Of a DNA stretch of 64,000 nucleotides, positions 31,174 through 40,740 are shown in pieces; the first letter of the stretch is position 1, and each line of letters opens with the position of its first letter. This stretch comes from Methylococcales bacterium (GTDB lineage Bacteria > Pseudomonadota > Gammaproteobacteria > JABHGC01). The notes beneath the pieces are model-generated. The model was not told the DNA's origin. It did no database searches and saw only the letters and a program-made list of their open reading frames with translations. The translations under genes and the position numbers were made by a program. Location: positions 17,883 to 81,882 of the forward strand of contig JABHGC010000237.1 of assembly GCA_018672285.1 (NCBI GenBank), written 5' to 3'.

Positions 31174-34099
31174 TTAATATGATCGCATCTGATCACACTG
31201 TAAGTTATCACCCGCAGCAACACCTAAGTTTTGCGTAATTGTTTGATAAAACCCAACCCGATCTTTGGTTTTGCCATTGTGAGGTTGGTTGCACTCTAAA
31301 CCGCCATTAATCACGTTGATGGTCATGCCAAAGCCAGGCAATCGTCCTGCATTAACGTCTTCACTGCTTGGGACCCACTTGCCCGTCATTACGTCATGGT
31401 TAGACGGTTTAGGAGATTGCGTGGTCATCCAGAACCAAATAGCCGATCGAAAAGACAATACGCCATCTGTTGTGAGTAATTGAGGGTTGCTCAATAAGTC
31501 AATATCTAGCATCTCGCCCATTAACCCGTAGTTATAGTTCCAGCTTAACTGCATCGGGCCTCGACCGTGATACGTGTTTCCTGAGCTACAAAATGCACCA
31601 TACTTGGCATTGGTTGAGTCACAGTAACCGGTGCAAGCACCACCCTCGCAGCCAACTTCCTCTTTAAAGTGTAAACCCCAAGTGTAACGTTGGTCACCGA
31701 TTTCATAACCCCCCCCAACCGCCGGTTGTTTCATGTGCAATGTTCGCTAAAAAAGCGGCTAATTCTTGCTTTCGTTGGCTGAGTGATCCTTCGGTTAAGA
31801 AGTTTTCATAGTAACCTGTGGCTTCTTTTAATGCACTGTAGCTAAATAATGCATTTCTATTGGGAAAAAGTGCGTTAAATTCAGACTCAGACATTAAATC
31901 AGAAAAGCCTGAGTTGTTGCCACCTGTTTGATTATCTTGGTTGTCGTCCGTATCTGTCTCATCCGGTGTGTCGTCAGTTGGTTCTGGCTCTGAGTTGTCT
32001 GTTCCTTCGTCAATGGGGTTGGTCACTTCGACTTGTGGTGTATGGCCTAAACCTTCGTTCATTGCATTAAGAATTCGGCCATTATCGGCATCGATTTCCC
32101 AAGAAAATAAACCCGCCAAACCTAAATCACGAACATACTGTCCTTTCGCTCTGGTTGAACGCTGGTTGTCATATGTGATCAATACGCCAGTGCTGCTATT
32201 AAACACATATGGGGCTTCTGCGGCTTCATCATAACCATAAGTAAAGCCGTTGATGCCTTGGCCGGTACTGCCTAAATAGTTGTTCTCAATATCTCGGTAA
32301 TCGAGTACACCAGCTTCCCAGGTGCCTTTTGCAGCGCCATGGCCAGTGCCTGTGAGCGGGTTGCCACCAGTCATATCTGTCACGCCTGTCCAGCCTCGGC
32401 CGTACATTGCGGTTCCTAATACGATTTTACCTGCAGGTACGCCGGCATCAATCATGCCTCGTACACCTTCGTCTGCACTGTACCCTTCAATTTTTGAATC
32501 TGCAGTGGGGTATAGTGCTGTTTGGTGACCCACGGTGCCATTCCATGCACCATAAAAATCATAGGTCATGGCAAAAAAGTAATCGACCGCTTCACTCGCT
32601 TGCACATAATTAACGTTGTCGATTTTACTTGGGCCAACACCAACCGCTGAGGTGAGTTGGTATTCTTTACCGGTTTCTTGCTCAAGGTCGTCTAGGGCTG
32701 CTCTTAACTCTGTCATTAAGTCTGCATAACCCTGTCGATCTTGTGATGAACCTTTGTTGGGGTTGGCACCTTCACCGCCTGGGAATTCCCAGTCAATATC
32801 GATGCCGCCAAAGAATTCATATTGTCGTAAAAAATCCATGCAAGAGGCGACAAAGGTCGCTCGTCTTGCTGGCACATTGGCAATATCAAAGAAGGGGTCA
32901 GAGAGCGTCCAGCCACCAATAGAAGGTAATATGGTGATGTCTGGGTTGGCTGCTTTTAACCGAGTCAATTGGCCAAAGTTACCACGAATGGGGTCATCCC
33001 ATTTGTCTCCAGGGTAAGATTTTTCTAAAGAGGCAAAGCGGTCAACGATGGTCACCGTATCATCTGCTTTACTGGCGCACTCGGCGTTAATGGCTGTTTG
33101 TGCACCGGCTAATGCCGAGTCATTGTCTCCACAAATGGCGATAAAGCCATACAGTAAGTGCGTTAGGTTTTGGGCTGGGATTTTATCAACAGGGTAGTTA
33201 CGACCATAAATGCCCCATTCAGCGAAATAGGTACCGACAATTTTCCCACTGGTGTTTTTATAAGGGACATTGAATTCGCCTAAATCTGTCGGTGTCGGTG
33301 CCGGTGCTGGGTCGACTTCAGGGTCTGGTGTCGGATCAGGATCGGGGGTTGGCTCTGGGTCTGGCGTTGGGGTGCTTGCAGAACCAATGTTGATACTGCG
33401 GCTTTCACTTAAGGTGCAGGAGTCGCCAGAGCACAATTCGATAACAAACGCGTGGTTGCCTTCATCTAGGTTGACGACGGTGCTGTCAGATTGTGCTTGT
33501 TGGCCATTGGTGGTTAGGTTTGCGCTGTGAATTCTGGTGCCGTTGTGTAAAAGTGCCCATGAATCACCATTGGTTCCCCACCACATATCCCATTTTACGG
33601 TTAATGCGCCTGCTTCAGCTGAATCGGGTAACCAGGCGATGGTTGGCTTGCTGGGTGCTAATGCGGGTGTGGTGTCAGGGGTATCATCTTCAACGGGGGT
33701 GTCTTCTGTTGGCGTATCTTCAACAGGGGTTTCAGGTTCTGCTGCATCACCTGCGACGACAATGCTTTTACGGTCTGTTTTACAGCCATCGCTATTACAC
33801 AGATCCACTTCTAATGTTTGTTCTCCAGGTACTAAAGCCACTTGACAGCTACTGCTTTGTGCTTGGTTACCATTCGGTGACAGTTGTCCTGAGCACACTG
33901 ACGCGCCATTTGAATACAGTGTCCAGTGGGTACCATTTTCTCCCCACCACATATTCCAGCTGACGGCGTGGTTGGCTGGTGCATCGAACTGGGTTGGCAT
34001 CCAGTCAATGTGAGGCTGGCCTGGAGCTGCTGTTGCTGTGGCATGGAATCCGCTTAATAAAGTGCCGATCAGGAGAGGAAGCATTTGAATCTTTGGCAT
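31174..34099 (-). CDS. Secreted multidomain chitinase: 2x ChiA N-terminal domain, GH18, GH19; +1 frameshift in a G8 run (31709-31716) splits the GH19 domain
   Basis: Signal peptide; two WxMWWG ChiA_N-like modules; GH18 SIGGW and [10 protein letters not shown]; GH19 [17 protein letters not shown] continues in another frame as [18 protein letters not shown]...[16 protein letters not shown]...INGGLEC. Confidence 0.88.
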
Positions 34100-34246
34100 T
34101 GTGTGGCCCCTTTTAAAGTGTCTTGATGTCAGTGTCTTTATATTATTAATTTGGCATCCATTGGATGTCTGATGCGAATGATCGCAATTGTACGGGGGGC
34201 TGGGTATCCCATAAATAGGGGATTAAACGGATATTCAGTGGTTTAT

Positions 34247-34290
34247 TGGTCGTTTTAGGGGCGAGTGGTCGTTTTTTATGGGCGAGCGGT
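34247..34290. repeat. Imperfect tandem direct repeat upstream of the chitinase
   Basis: TGGTCGTTTTAGGGGCGAG followed immediately by TGGTCGTTTTTTATGGGCGAG, then CGGT. Confidence 0.6.
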
Positions 34291-34373
34291 GTAAAAACAT
34301 TTGTAAGAATAGGATTACATTGAAGAGTTGACGGATTTTCTGGCAATGATTGCGGTTATTGAACTCTGATCAA

Positions 34374-35456
34374 TTATTCAGTGCAATGTTTGGCAAAGGG
34401 CAGGTTGGCTAAGAAGTTAGGCTGAAGCGGTTGTTTGCTATGAGTTTGGGTGAACGTTTTGAAATCAATCAGCTTAAAAGCTGTGCTGGTGAGGTGTGGG
34501 GCGCAGCGTGGTAGGTTGTTGAGGGTCATGGGATACATTTGTAAAACAATCTGTGTGCCAAGTGATGGGGCGAAGTCAAACTGGTTGTAGTGATCGTATG
34601 CCAATAATAGGGCTATGCCACCCCCGATAAAGTGGCCGCCAACGGAGGCTGCTAATGTGCCTTGTTTAACCGCTTCAATCCCTTCATCCGACCAGTCCAC
34701 TCCCCCTATAATGATGGCTGATTTTTTCTGTTGTTGGCTGGTCGCTTTGGCTGCGCCTAAAGACAGGCTATCACTTGCCGCCCAAATGATATTGCATTGT
34801 GGGTAGCGTTTGAGCAGTACTTTGGTTTTTTTGTAACCTTCCTCTGCTGTCCAGCTATTCGATCGGGTGACTTGGTGTAGTATTGCGGACTGTTTAGCTG
34901 CTGCTTGTTCTAACCCTGACATTCGTAGTTTTGCTGTGGATGAGTTGAAAGAGCCATTCAGGCCGATGATGTTAGCTGTGCCGCCTGCTGGCAGTTGTTT
35001 GATTAAGGTTGTTGCGAGCAAAGCGCCAGCCTGATGATCATTCGGTGAAAGGTGTGCTAACCAGTATTTGAACTGACCTCTAGGTAGACCAAATTGGCTT
35101 TTCTCTTGTGCCAGTATGTCACTGTTAAAAATAATGGCCTGCGTTTGGGATTGCTCAGCAAGTTGTAAAATTTTAAGTCCTGTTCCTTTTAAATTGATAA
35201 ACAACAGGTAGTCGGGTTTATTGTTAAGGGCGGTTTCTGCCATTTTATAGTACTGAAAACGGTTGGTAATACCCGATTTTGGCATGTAATAAACCTGTAG
35301 GTTTATGCCTAATTGGTTGGCAGCTGCGCGCATGAACTGGGCGGTTTTTTCCCAAAATGGGTGACTGTCTGTTGCAGGGTTTAAGAACGCAATGTTGGGC
35401 TTAGCCCAAATCCCATTAGCAAAAAACAGGCAGAGAGTGAGCAGTAAAAACCTCAT
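34374..35456 (-). CDS. Periplasmic sugar-binding-like protein (type I PBP fold), no adjacent permease or ATPase
   Basis: Signal peptide, FLNP...FW...FMRAAANQLG, IWAASDSLSLGA, GGVDWS, SVGGHF; 4-bp overlap with the response regulator. Confidence 0.8.
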   Translation of the reverse strand: MRFLLLTLCLFFANGIWAKPNIAFLNPATDSHPFWEKTAQFMRAAANQLGINLQVYYMPKSGITNRFQYYKMAETALNNKPDYLLFINLKGTGLKILQLAEQSQTQAIIFNSDILAQEKSQFGLPRGQFKYWLAHLSPNDHQAGALLATTLIKQLPAGGTANIIGLNGSFNSSTAKLRMSGLEQAAAKQSAILHQVTRSNSWTAEEGYKKTKVLLKRYPQCNIIWAASDSLSLGAAKATSQQQKKSAIIIGGVDWSDEGIEAVKQGTLAASVGGHFIGGGIALLLAYDHYNQFDFAPSLGTQIVLQMYPMTLNNLPRCAPHLTSTAFKLIDFKTFTQTHSKQPLQPNFLANLPFAKHCTE

Positions 35457-36127
35457 GTAGTATCTTCACCTAAGTGAATAATGCCCAGTTGAACGGCTTC
35501 AAATACGGCCTCGCTCCGTGATTTTACGGACAGTTTTCGATATATTTTTTTTGCATGTGAGGTAATGGTATGTACCGAGTTACCCATGACAGATGCGGTT
35601 TCTTTGTAAGAAAATCCTTTGGCTATGTACTCTAAAACGAGCTTTTCTCGGGTGGTGATGTTGGGTACCTCAACGCCAGGTATGATGGGTACTTCAGGTA
35701 AGGGTATGCTAAACCGTTTTAAGACATGTCTTGCAATCGCGGGGCTGAGCGGAGAGTGCCCTGCGACTAATTGCAGCACAGAGTCGGCAATAGATTCATT
35801 GGTTGCATCTTTTAATAAATAACCTGTTGCACCGGCTTCTAGTGCATTCATGACATTTTTTTCATCGGCAAAAATGGTGATGACCATAATTTCTGTGGAG
35901 GCTGAGTGCTGATGTGCATTTTTAATGAGATCAATGCCCGTGCCATCTGGCAGGCCAATGTCTGTCAACAAAACGTCCGGGTAGGCCTGTTCAAACTGAG
36001 CTAATGCTTGTTTGCAATTGCCCACACTGGCGATCAATGAGAGCTGTTCATGCTGCTCAATGGCATGGGAAAGCCGTTTTCGGGTGGGTGGATCGTCTTC
36101 AACGAGCATGACGCGAATGGGAGGCAT
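35453..36127 (-). CDS. NarL/LuxR-family response regulator
   Basis: REC domain (VEDD, LTDIGLPD, GYLLK) plus LuxR HTH (ITTRE...KIYRKLSVKSRSEAV). Confidence 0.93.
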   Translation of the reverse strand: MPPIRVMLVEDDPPTRKRLSHAIEQHEQLSLIASVGNCKQALAQFEQAYPDVLLTDIGLPDGTGIDLIKNAHQHSASTEIMVITIFADEKNVMNALEAGATGYLLKDATNESIADSVLQLVAGHSPLSPAIARHVLKRFSIPLPEVPIIPGVEVPNITTREKLVLEYIAKGFSYKETASVMGNSVHTITSHAKKIYRKLSVKSRSEAVFEAVQLGIIHLGEDTT

Positions 36128-36238
36128 ATAAAAAAACCTGATTAACTTTATACATTAATCATAGCTGGTTGCCTGCATTTTGGCAGTTTTGTTCTAGACT
36201 TAAGATATCTAAGAATAACCAGAGAAGGTGAGTAGCAA

Positions 36239-37186
36239 ATGTTCCATACCAAGATCATGAGTAAGATATTGATTTGTGAAGAAAATGATGACAGCTTGGT
36301 ACGAATTAAAGACTTTTGTGAGTTAAATAACTTATACCCATTAAAAATGGCTGATGTCGGTAGTTTGGAAAAAGTGTTGTCTTCACACCTTGACCTTGGT
36401 GGTGTTTTTCTCTCGGAAAATTTTAGCCAGTTTGATGATGTCATTCAGCAATTTCACCATGTAAGAGCTGAGGTGCCTATATTTGTACTTCGCACCTGTA
36501 ATGAACATTTATCCAGCACACTGGCTGACGGGGTGTCGGGTGAGTTTACCTTTGATACATTGGAAGAATTAAAAGCATTAATTGAAGAAACGATTTTTAG
36601 CATGGTGTACCCCGAGAAACTCATTACTCGGATGCGTGAAATATCCATGTCGATGCTAGAAAGTCAGTTTAAAAATACTAAAATCAACTGCGACTTGCCT
36701 TATTTGGTGCTGGATCACATGATTTTTGGCAAGTTACTCAGTATCATCCCGATTGAGAGTGATTGGTGCCGGGGGTATATGTCTTTACAGGCCGAAAAAG
36801 CACCTGTGAATGAGATGATTAAAGCGGGTAAAACGCATATATTAATGGATGAATTTGATGATGGCTTTCGGGGGGTGAGTAGTTTGGTTGGGGAGTTGAC
36901 CAACTTGATTTGGGGTGGGATGAAAAATGAATTTTTTAATACCATATCAAACAGCAGCTTTAGAACCCAAGTGCCTATTTTAATTAACCATGATTTACAG
37001 CATATTTCATTTGGTTCTAAGTGCCCGCAATTGTGTTTCCGTTACGAATTGCAAAGTGAAAACATTCCGCCTATTGCAATTTATCAGAAATTTATTTTTA
37101 ACTTAGAGTGGTCACCTGAGCGCTTTGTAGAGAGTGATGAGGCTGAGGAAGAATTGGTTGAATCTGGTGGTTTAGAGCTGTTTTAA
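36239..37186 (+). CDS. CheX-like protein with N-terminal receiver-like domain
   Basis: C-terminal E-x2-N motif (GELTNLIWG) and IPIESDWCRGYMSLQ resemble CheX/CheC phosphatases; N-terminus KILICEEND is REC-like. Confidence 0.65.
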   Translation: MFHTKIMSKILICEENDDSLVRIKDFCELNNLYPLKMADVGSLEKVLSSHLDLGGVFLSENFSQFDDVIQQFHHVRAEVPIFVLRTCNEHLSSTLADGVSGEFTFDTLEELKALIEETIFSMVYPEKLITRMREISMSMLESQFKNTKINCDLPYLVLDHMIFGKLLSIIPIESDWCRGYMSLQAEKAPVNEMIKAGKTHILMDEFDDGFRGVSSLVGELTNLIWGGMKNEFFNTISNSSFRTQVPILINHDLQHISFGSKCPQLCFRYELQSENIPPIAIYQKFIFNLEWSPERFVESDEAEEELVESGGLELF

Positions 37187-37187
37187 A

Positions 37188-38636
37188 TCAAGCCGTAGGT
37201 ATGGCTAACTCTAAAGTAAGTTGGGTGCCATGTTGTTCTACTCCAGATACTAAATAGGGGCTACTCAGTTGGTAGCTTGCTTGAACCTTATCTGCTCGAT
37301 AGGACATATTGCTTAACCCTCTACCATCGTAGTCATTATCTGCTGTAAAACCGACACCATTATCCGATATTTGTACGATTATTTTACTGTCCTGTAGGTT
37401 ACAGCTTAAATTGAGGGTGTTTGCTTTACAGTGCTTCATGCTATTGGTCACAAATTCTTGTAAGATTCTCACCAGTTGTAAACGGGTGTCTGAGCTGTAG
37501 TGAATGTTATCTCCTGCTTGGTCCACTTGCCAGTTAAAGTGGATATTTTGTACCTCTAGCTGTGGCTCTATTCTGTTTCGGAACATACCAAGGCAGCTAT
37601 TTAAATCATCGGCAGTGCTATCGAGTGAGTCAATAATTAAGCGCAAATCCGTCATGCTTGCACGGACTGCCTGCTCTATATCTGCTCGGCTATAGTGATC
37701 ACAACTGACCATTGATAGGGTGGATATTAACAGGCCGCCAACACCATCATGCATGTCTCGCATAATACGCTCACGTTCTGCAGAAACCCCTTTTTCATGC
37801 TCTAAGGTGATGAGCTTTTTGAAAGAGGATTGAAGCTCATCATTGGCGGTCTCAAGTTCATTGGTGCGCTTTTGAACCTGTAGCTCTAAGTGGTTTTGAT
37901 AGTTTTTTAAGGAGCGTTCCGCTTGGTCTCTTTGCTGTAGGGTGTTATCAAACTTATCTAATAAATGATTGATGGTATCAATCAGCTCTCCAATCTCATT
38001 GTGTTTGTTTTTATCTAATATTTCAATGCGGGTGTTGTACGCGGTGCTGGGATCTATTTGAGAAATACGCTGAATGATTTTGATTAGCGGTAACGTTAAG
38101 GTGATGTAAAAGGCGACTAAAAACAGTAAGGCCAGTAAGGTGTTACGAATGAAGCCACTACCAAATACTATGGCTGCTCGATGGAGCAATTTATCAATTA
38201 ACACTAACTGACTGGCTTGGAGTTGTAGAATGCCAATTTTTTGCAGGCTTTCAGGGTCAATAATGGGGTGTTCGAATAGGATTGGGTTGAGATCTAAATA
38301 CGCTGAAAACCAATATTCAGTCGTTATGGGGTGTTGATGCTGGGCGATGGTGGCTTTGTGTTGGTCTATTACAGCCGCAGACTCGACTGCGGGGTGGTGA
38401 AATAATCCTTTTAATACCGCATTTGCTAAGCCTTCATCAACATCTAGAATCGCTCTGGTCAAAGGGGACTCAAACATGCTTAAAGCTTGGCTTAGGTCTT
38501 GTTTTAATTGTGTTTGTTCGTCAAATGCATCGTATATAATTTGGCTGGTGCTAATGAGTAAACCAAGGCATAGCGCCAGTAGCATGGTAATTTTGGCGTG
38601 TTGTAAGGCAAGTTTGCTTCTGAATGGGTGGTTCAT
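37188..38636 (-). CDS. Membrane sensor histidine kinase (periplasmic domain, HAMP, HisKA_3, HATPase)
   Basis: Two TMs, HAMP (NEIGELIDTIN), ERERIMRDMHDGVG, EFVTNSMKH, DNGVGF, GRGLSNM. Confidence 0.92.
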   Translation of the reverse strand: MNHPFRSKLALQHAKITMLLALCLGLLISTSQIIYDAFDEQTQLKQDLSQALSMFESPLTRAILDVDEGLANAVLKGLFHHPAVESAAVIDQHKATIAQHQHPITTEYWFSAYLDLNPILFEHPIIDPESLQKIGILQLQASQLVLIDKLLHRAAIVFGSGFIRNTLLALLFLVAFYITLTLPLIKIIQRISQIDPSTAYNTRIEILDKNKHNEIGELIDTINHLLDKFDNTLQQRDQAERSLKNYQNHLELQVQKRTNELETANDELQSSFKKLITLEHEKGVSAERERIMRDMHDGVGGLLISTLSMVSCDHYSRADIEQAVRASMTDLRLIIDSLDSTADDLNSCLGMFRNRIEPQLEVQNIHFNWQVDQAGDNIHYSSDTRLQLVRILQEFVTNSMKHCKANTLNLSCNLQDSKIIVQISDNGVGFTADNDYDGRGLSNMSYRADKVQASYQLSSPYLVSGVEQHGTQLTLELAIPTA

Positions 38637-38650
38637 CTTTACCTTGTTGG

Positions 38651-40636
38651 TTAAATCCGATAACTAGACAGGCTGCTTTTTAGAAGGGTTAAGTTTTTAT
38701 ATTTGAGGTTTTCATCGAAGTGTTCTGTTAAAAAGGCTGTGAACTCATCTTCAGGTAGGGGTTTGCTGATGAAATATCCTTGAGCAATATCACAACCCAT
38801 GTCTAATAATTGCTGATAAATATCTTGAGATTCAATGCCCTCGGCAACAACAAGTAAACCTAAGTTATGGGCAAGGTCTACTGTTGAACGCACAATAGCT
38901 GCGTCATCCATATCCGTTGTCATATCACGAATAAAAGATTGGTCAATTTTTAACTCGCTCACGGGGAGCTTTTTCAGTCGGCTTAATGACGAGTAACCTG
39001 TGCCGAAATCATCAATGGATAGGTGGACGTCCATATCTCGGATAAGTGCTAATGTATCGGCTAAATTATCATAGTCAGACAAAAATAAATTTTCAGTGAT
39101 CTCAAACAACAGCTGATGTCGGAAAGGGTGGTTACTCAAGCTGTTTTTAATGGTTGAGATAAAGTCTTGGCTAACGAGTGTTTGGGTGGAGATGTTTACG
39201 GCAATTTTAATTTTAAACCCAATGTTATTCCAACACTGAATCTGTAGCAGTGCTTCTCTTATTGCCCAGTCGGTAAAGCGATTAATTAGCCCTGTTTGTT
39301 CTAAACAGGGGATAAATTGATCTGGGGGGGTCATGCCGTGGCCGTCTCGCGGCCATCTTGCGAGGGCTTCAACACCGATTAAAGTGCCTGTTTCTATATC
39401 GAGCTTGGGTTGGTAGTAAAGCGTAAATTCATTCTGGTCTAGTGCTTGGTGAAGGTCTGCGACTAAGGTGACTTTGAATAGTGATGATTGATCTTCATCA
39501 GGATTATAAATGCTGTAGCCACTTTTGCTACTTTTTGCATGATACATCGCGTGGTCAACATGGCTTAGTAAGGTATTGGTATCTTCTCCATGTTCTGGGT
39601 AGCTGGCAATGCCGATGCTGGCATGGATGGTGATTGGGGTTGCATCATCTGAATTTGCCTGTTTCAGTGCGAAAGGTGTATCGAGTAAGTTGAGTAATGA
39701 TTGTGCGTAACGTGATGCATCAGCGGAATCGGAGTCAGCTAAGATTAAGGTGAACTCATCACCGCCTAATCGACTGAACGTTTTATCTTGGTCGATAAAA
39801 GCAGATAGCCGTTTTGTGACTTTCTGTAGTAAAGCGTCGCCCTGGTCATGGCCTAAGGTGTCATTGACTTGCTTAAAGTCATTTAAGTCGATCAGTAAAA
39901 TGCTGAGGTCGTTATCTTGATGATCGGCATATTTGAGTTGTTGTGATAATCGGCCTTTGAAAAGTGACCGGTTAGGTAGTGCCGTTAAGGGGTCGTATAG
40001 GCTTAAGTGCTCAAGGCGTTGGTTGTTTGCAACGAGGCGTTTGTTGAGCCTCCCCATTCGCATTTGGTATTCGGCGTTGACTTTATTCGCCGTTTCGATT
40101 TCTTGCACCGTAAACGCATTCTCTATTGCGATAGCGACAATACTGGCAAACAAAGACAGTAAATTGAGGTCTCGACGGGTGAAGTCTCCACCACCTATTT
40201 TATTGATGCCAGCTATGCCACCTAAAAAATGCTTTGGCCCTTGTAGCGGCACGAGAATGATGGTGTTTGACTCTTTATTCCAGCGAGCTTTCTCTTCTTC
40301 GCTTAGCTCGTTAATGGTCTCTGACCACCACGCTTTTTTATGTGCCCAGACCCAACCACACACACCGTAGTCAATGGGCATCGTTTCACCGATGATGGTG
40401 TCCGCATCGTCGCCTGCACCTCCGCAATAGGTATAGGTGTTTGCATATTGGTCTAAGATGGGGATCAGTAGTGTTTTGGCTTGAACCAGTGTTTTAGCGC
40501 GATGTGCAACAATGTGATAGATCGACTCTAAATCTAGCTGACTGCCAATTTCGGTGAAGGTTTGCTGGAGCAGCTCAATTTCTTCTTCTGCATTAAAGAG
40601 TTGTTGTTCTAACTCGGGTGGTTCCATGCTGCTCAT
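38651..40636 (-). CDS. GAF-GGDEF-EAL c-di-GMP enzyme
   Basis: N-terminal GAF domain, RLGGDEF, VEALARW, DDFGTGYSSL, VVAEGIE. Confidence 0.93.
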   Translation of the reverse strand: MSSMEPPELEQQLFNAEEEIELLQQTFTEIGSQLDLESIYHIVAHRAKTLVQAKTLLIPILDQYANTYTYCGGAGDDADTIIGETMPIDYGVCGWVWAHKKAWWSETINELSEEEKARWNKESNTIILVPLQGPKHFLGGIAGINKIGGGDFTRRDLNLLSLFASIVAIAIENAFTVQEIETANKVNAEYQMRMGRLNKRLVANNQRLEHLSLYDPLTALPNRSLFKGRLSQQLKYADHQDNDLSILLIDLNDFKQVNDTLGHDQGDALLQKVTKRLSAFIDQDKTFSRLGGDEFTLILADSDSADASRYAQSLLNLLDTPFALKQANSDDATPITIHASIGIASYPEHGEDTNTLLSHVDHAMYHAKSSKSGYSIYNPDEDQSSLFKVTLVADLHQALDQNEFTLYYQPKLDIETGTLIGVEALARWPRDGHGMTPPDQFIPCLEQTGLINRFTDWAIREALLQIQCWNNIGFKIKIAVNISTQTLVSQDFISTIKNSLSNHPFRHQLLFEITENLFLSDYDNLADTLALIRDMDVHLSIDDFGTGYSSLSRLKKLPVSELKIDQSFIRDMTTDMDDAAIVRSTVDLAHNLGLLVVAEGIESQDIYQQLLDMGCDIAQGYFISKPLPEDEFTAFLTEHFDENLKYKNLTLLKSSLSSYRI

Positions 40637-40696
40637 ACCATATAAGGAATAAAATACTTATATAGAGTATAGCTGAAAATTGTTATGCAGTGAGAT

Positions 40697-40731
40697 TGGC
40701 ACCAAAAACAGACAGGTGTTTGTTGGTGCCA
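40697..40731. terminator. Hairpin downstream of the DoxX gene
   Basis: TGGCACCAA...TTGGTGCCA stem with inner AAACA/TGTTT pairing; no clear U tail. Confidence 0.45.
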
Positions 40732-40740
40732 TGAAGCAGC

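Noticed and set aside
31174-31740. Independent 188-aa GH19 gene
   Set aside because: It lacks the N-terminal GH19 helices and the catalytic HET motif, which lie in the upstream ORF; it is the frameshifted tail of that gene.
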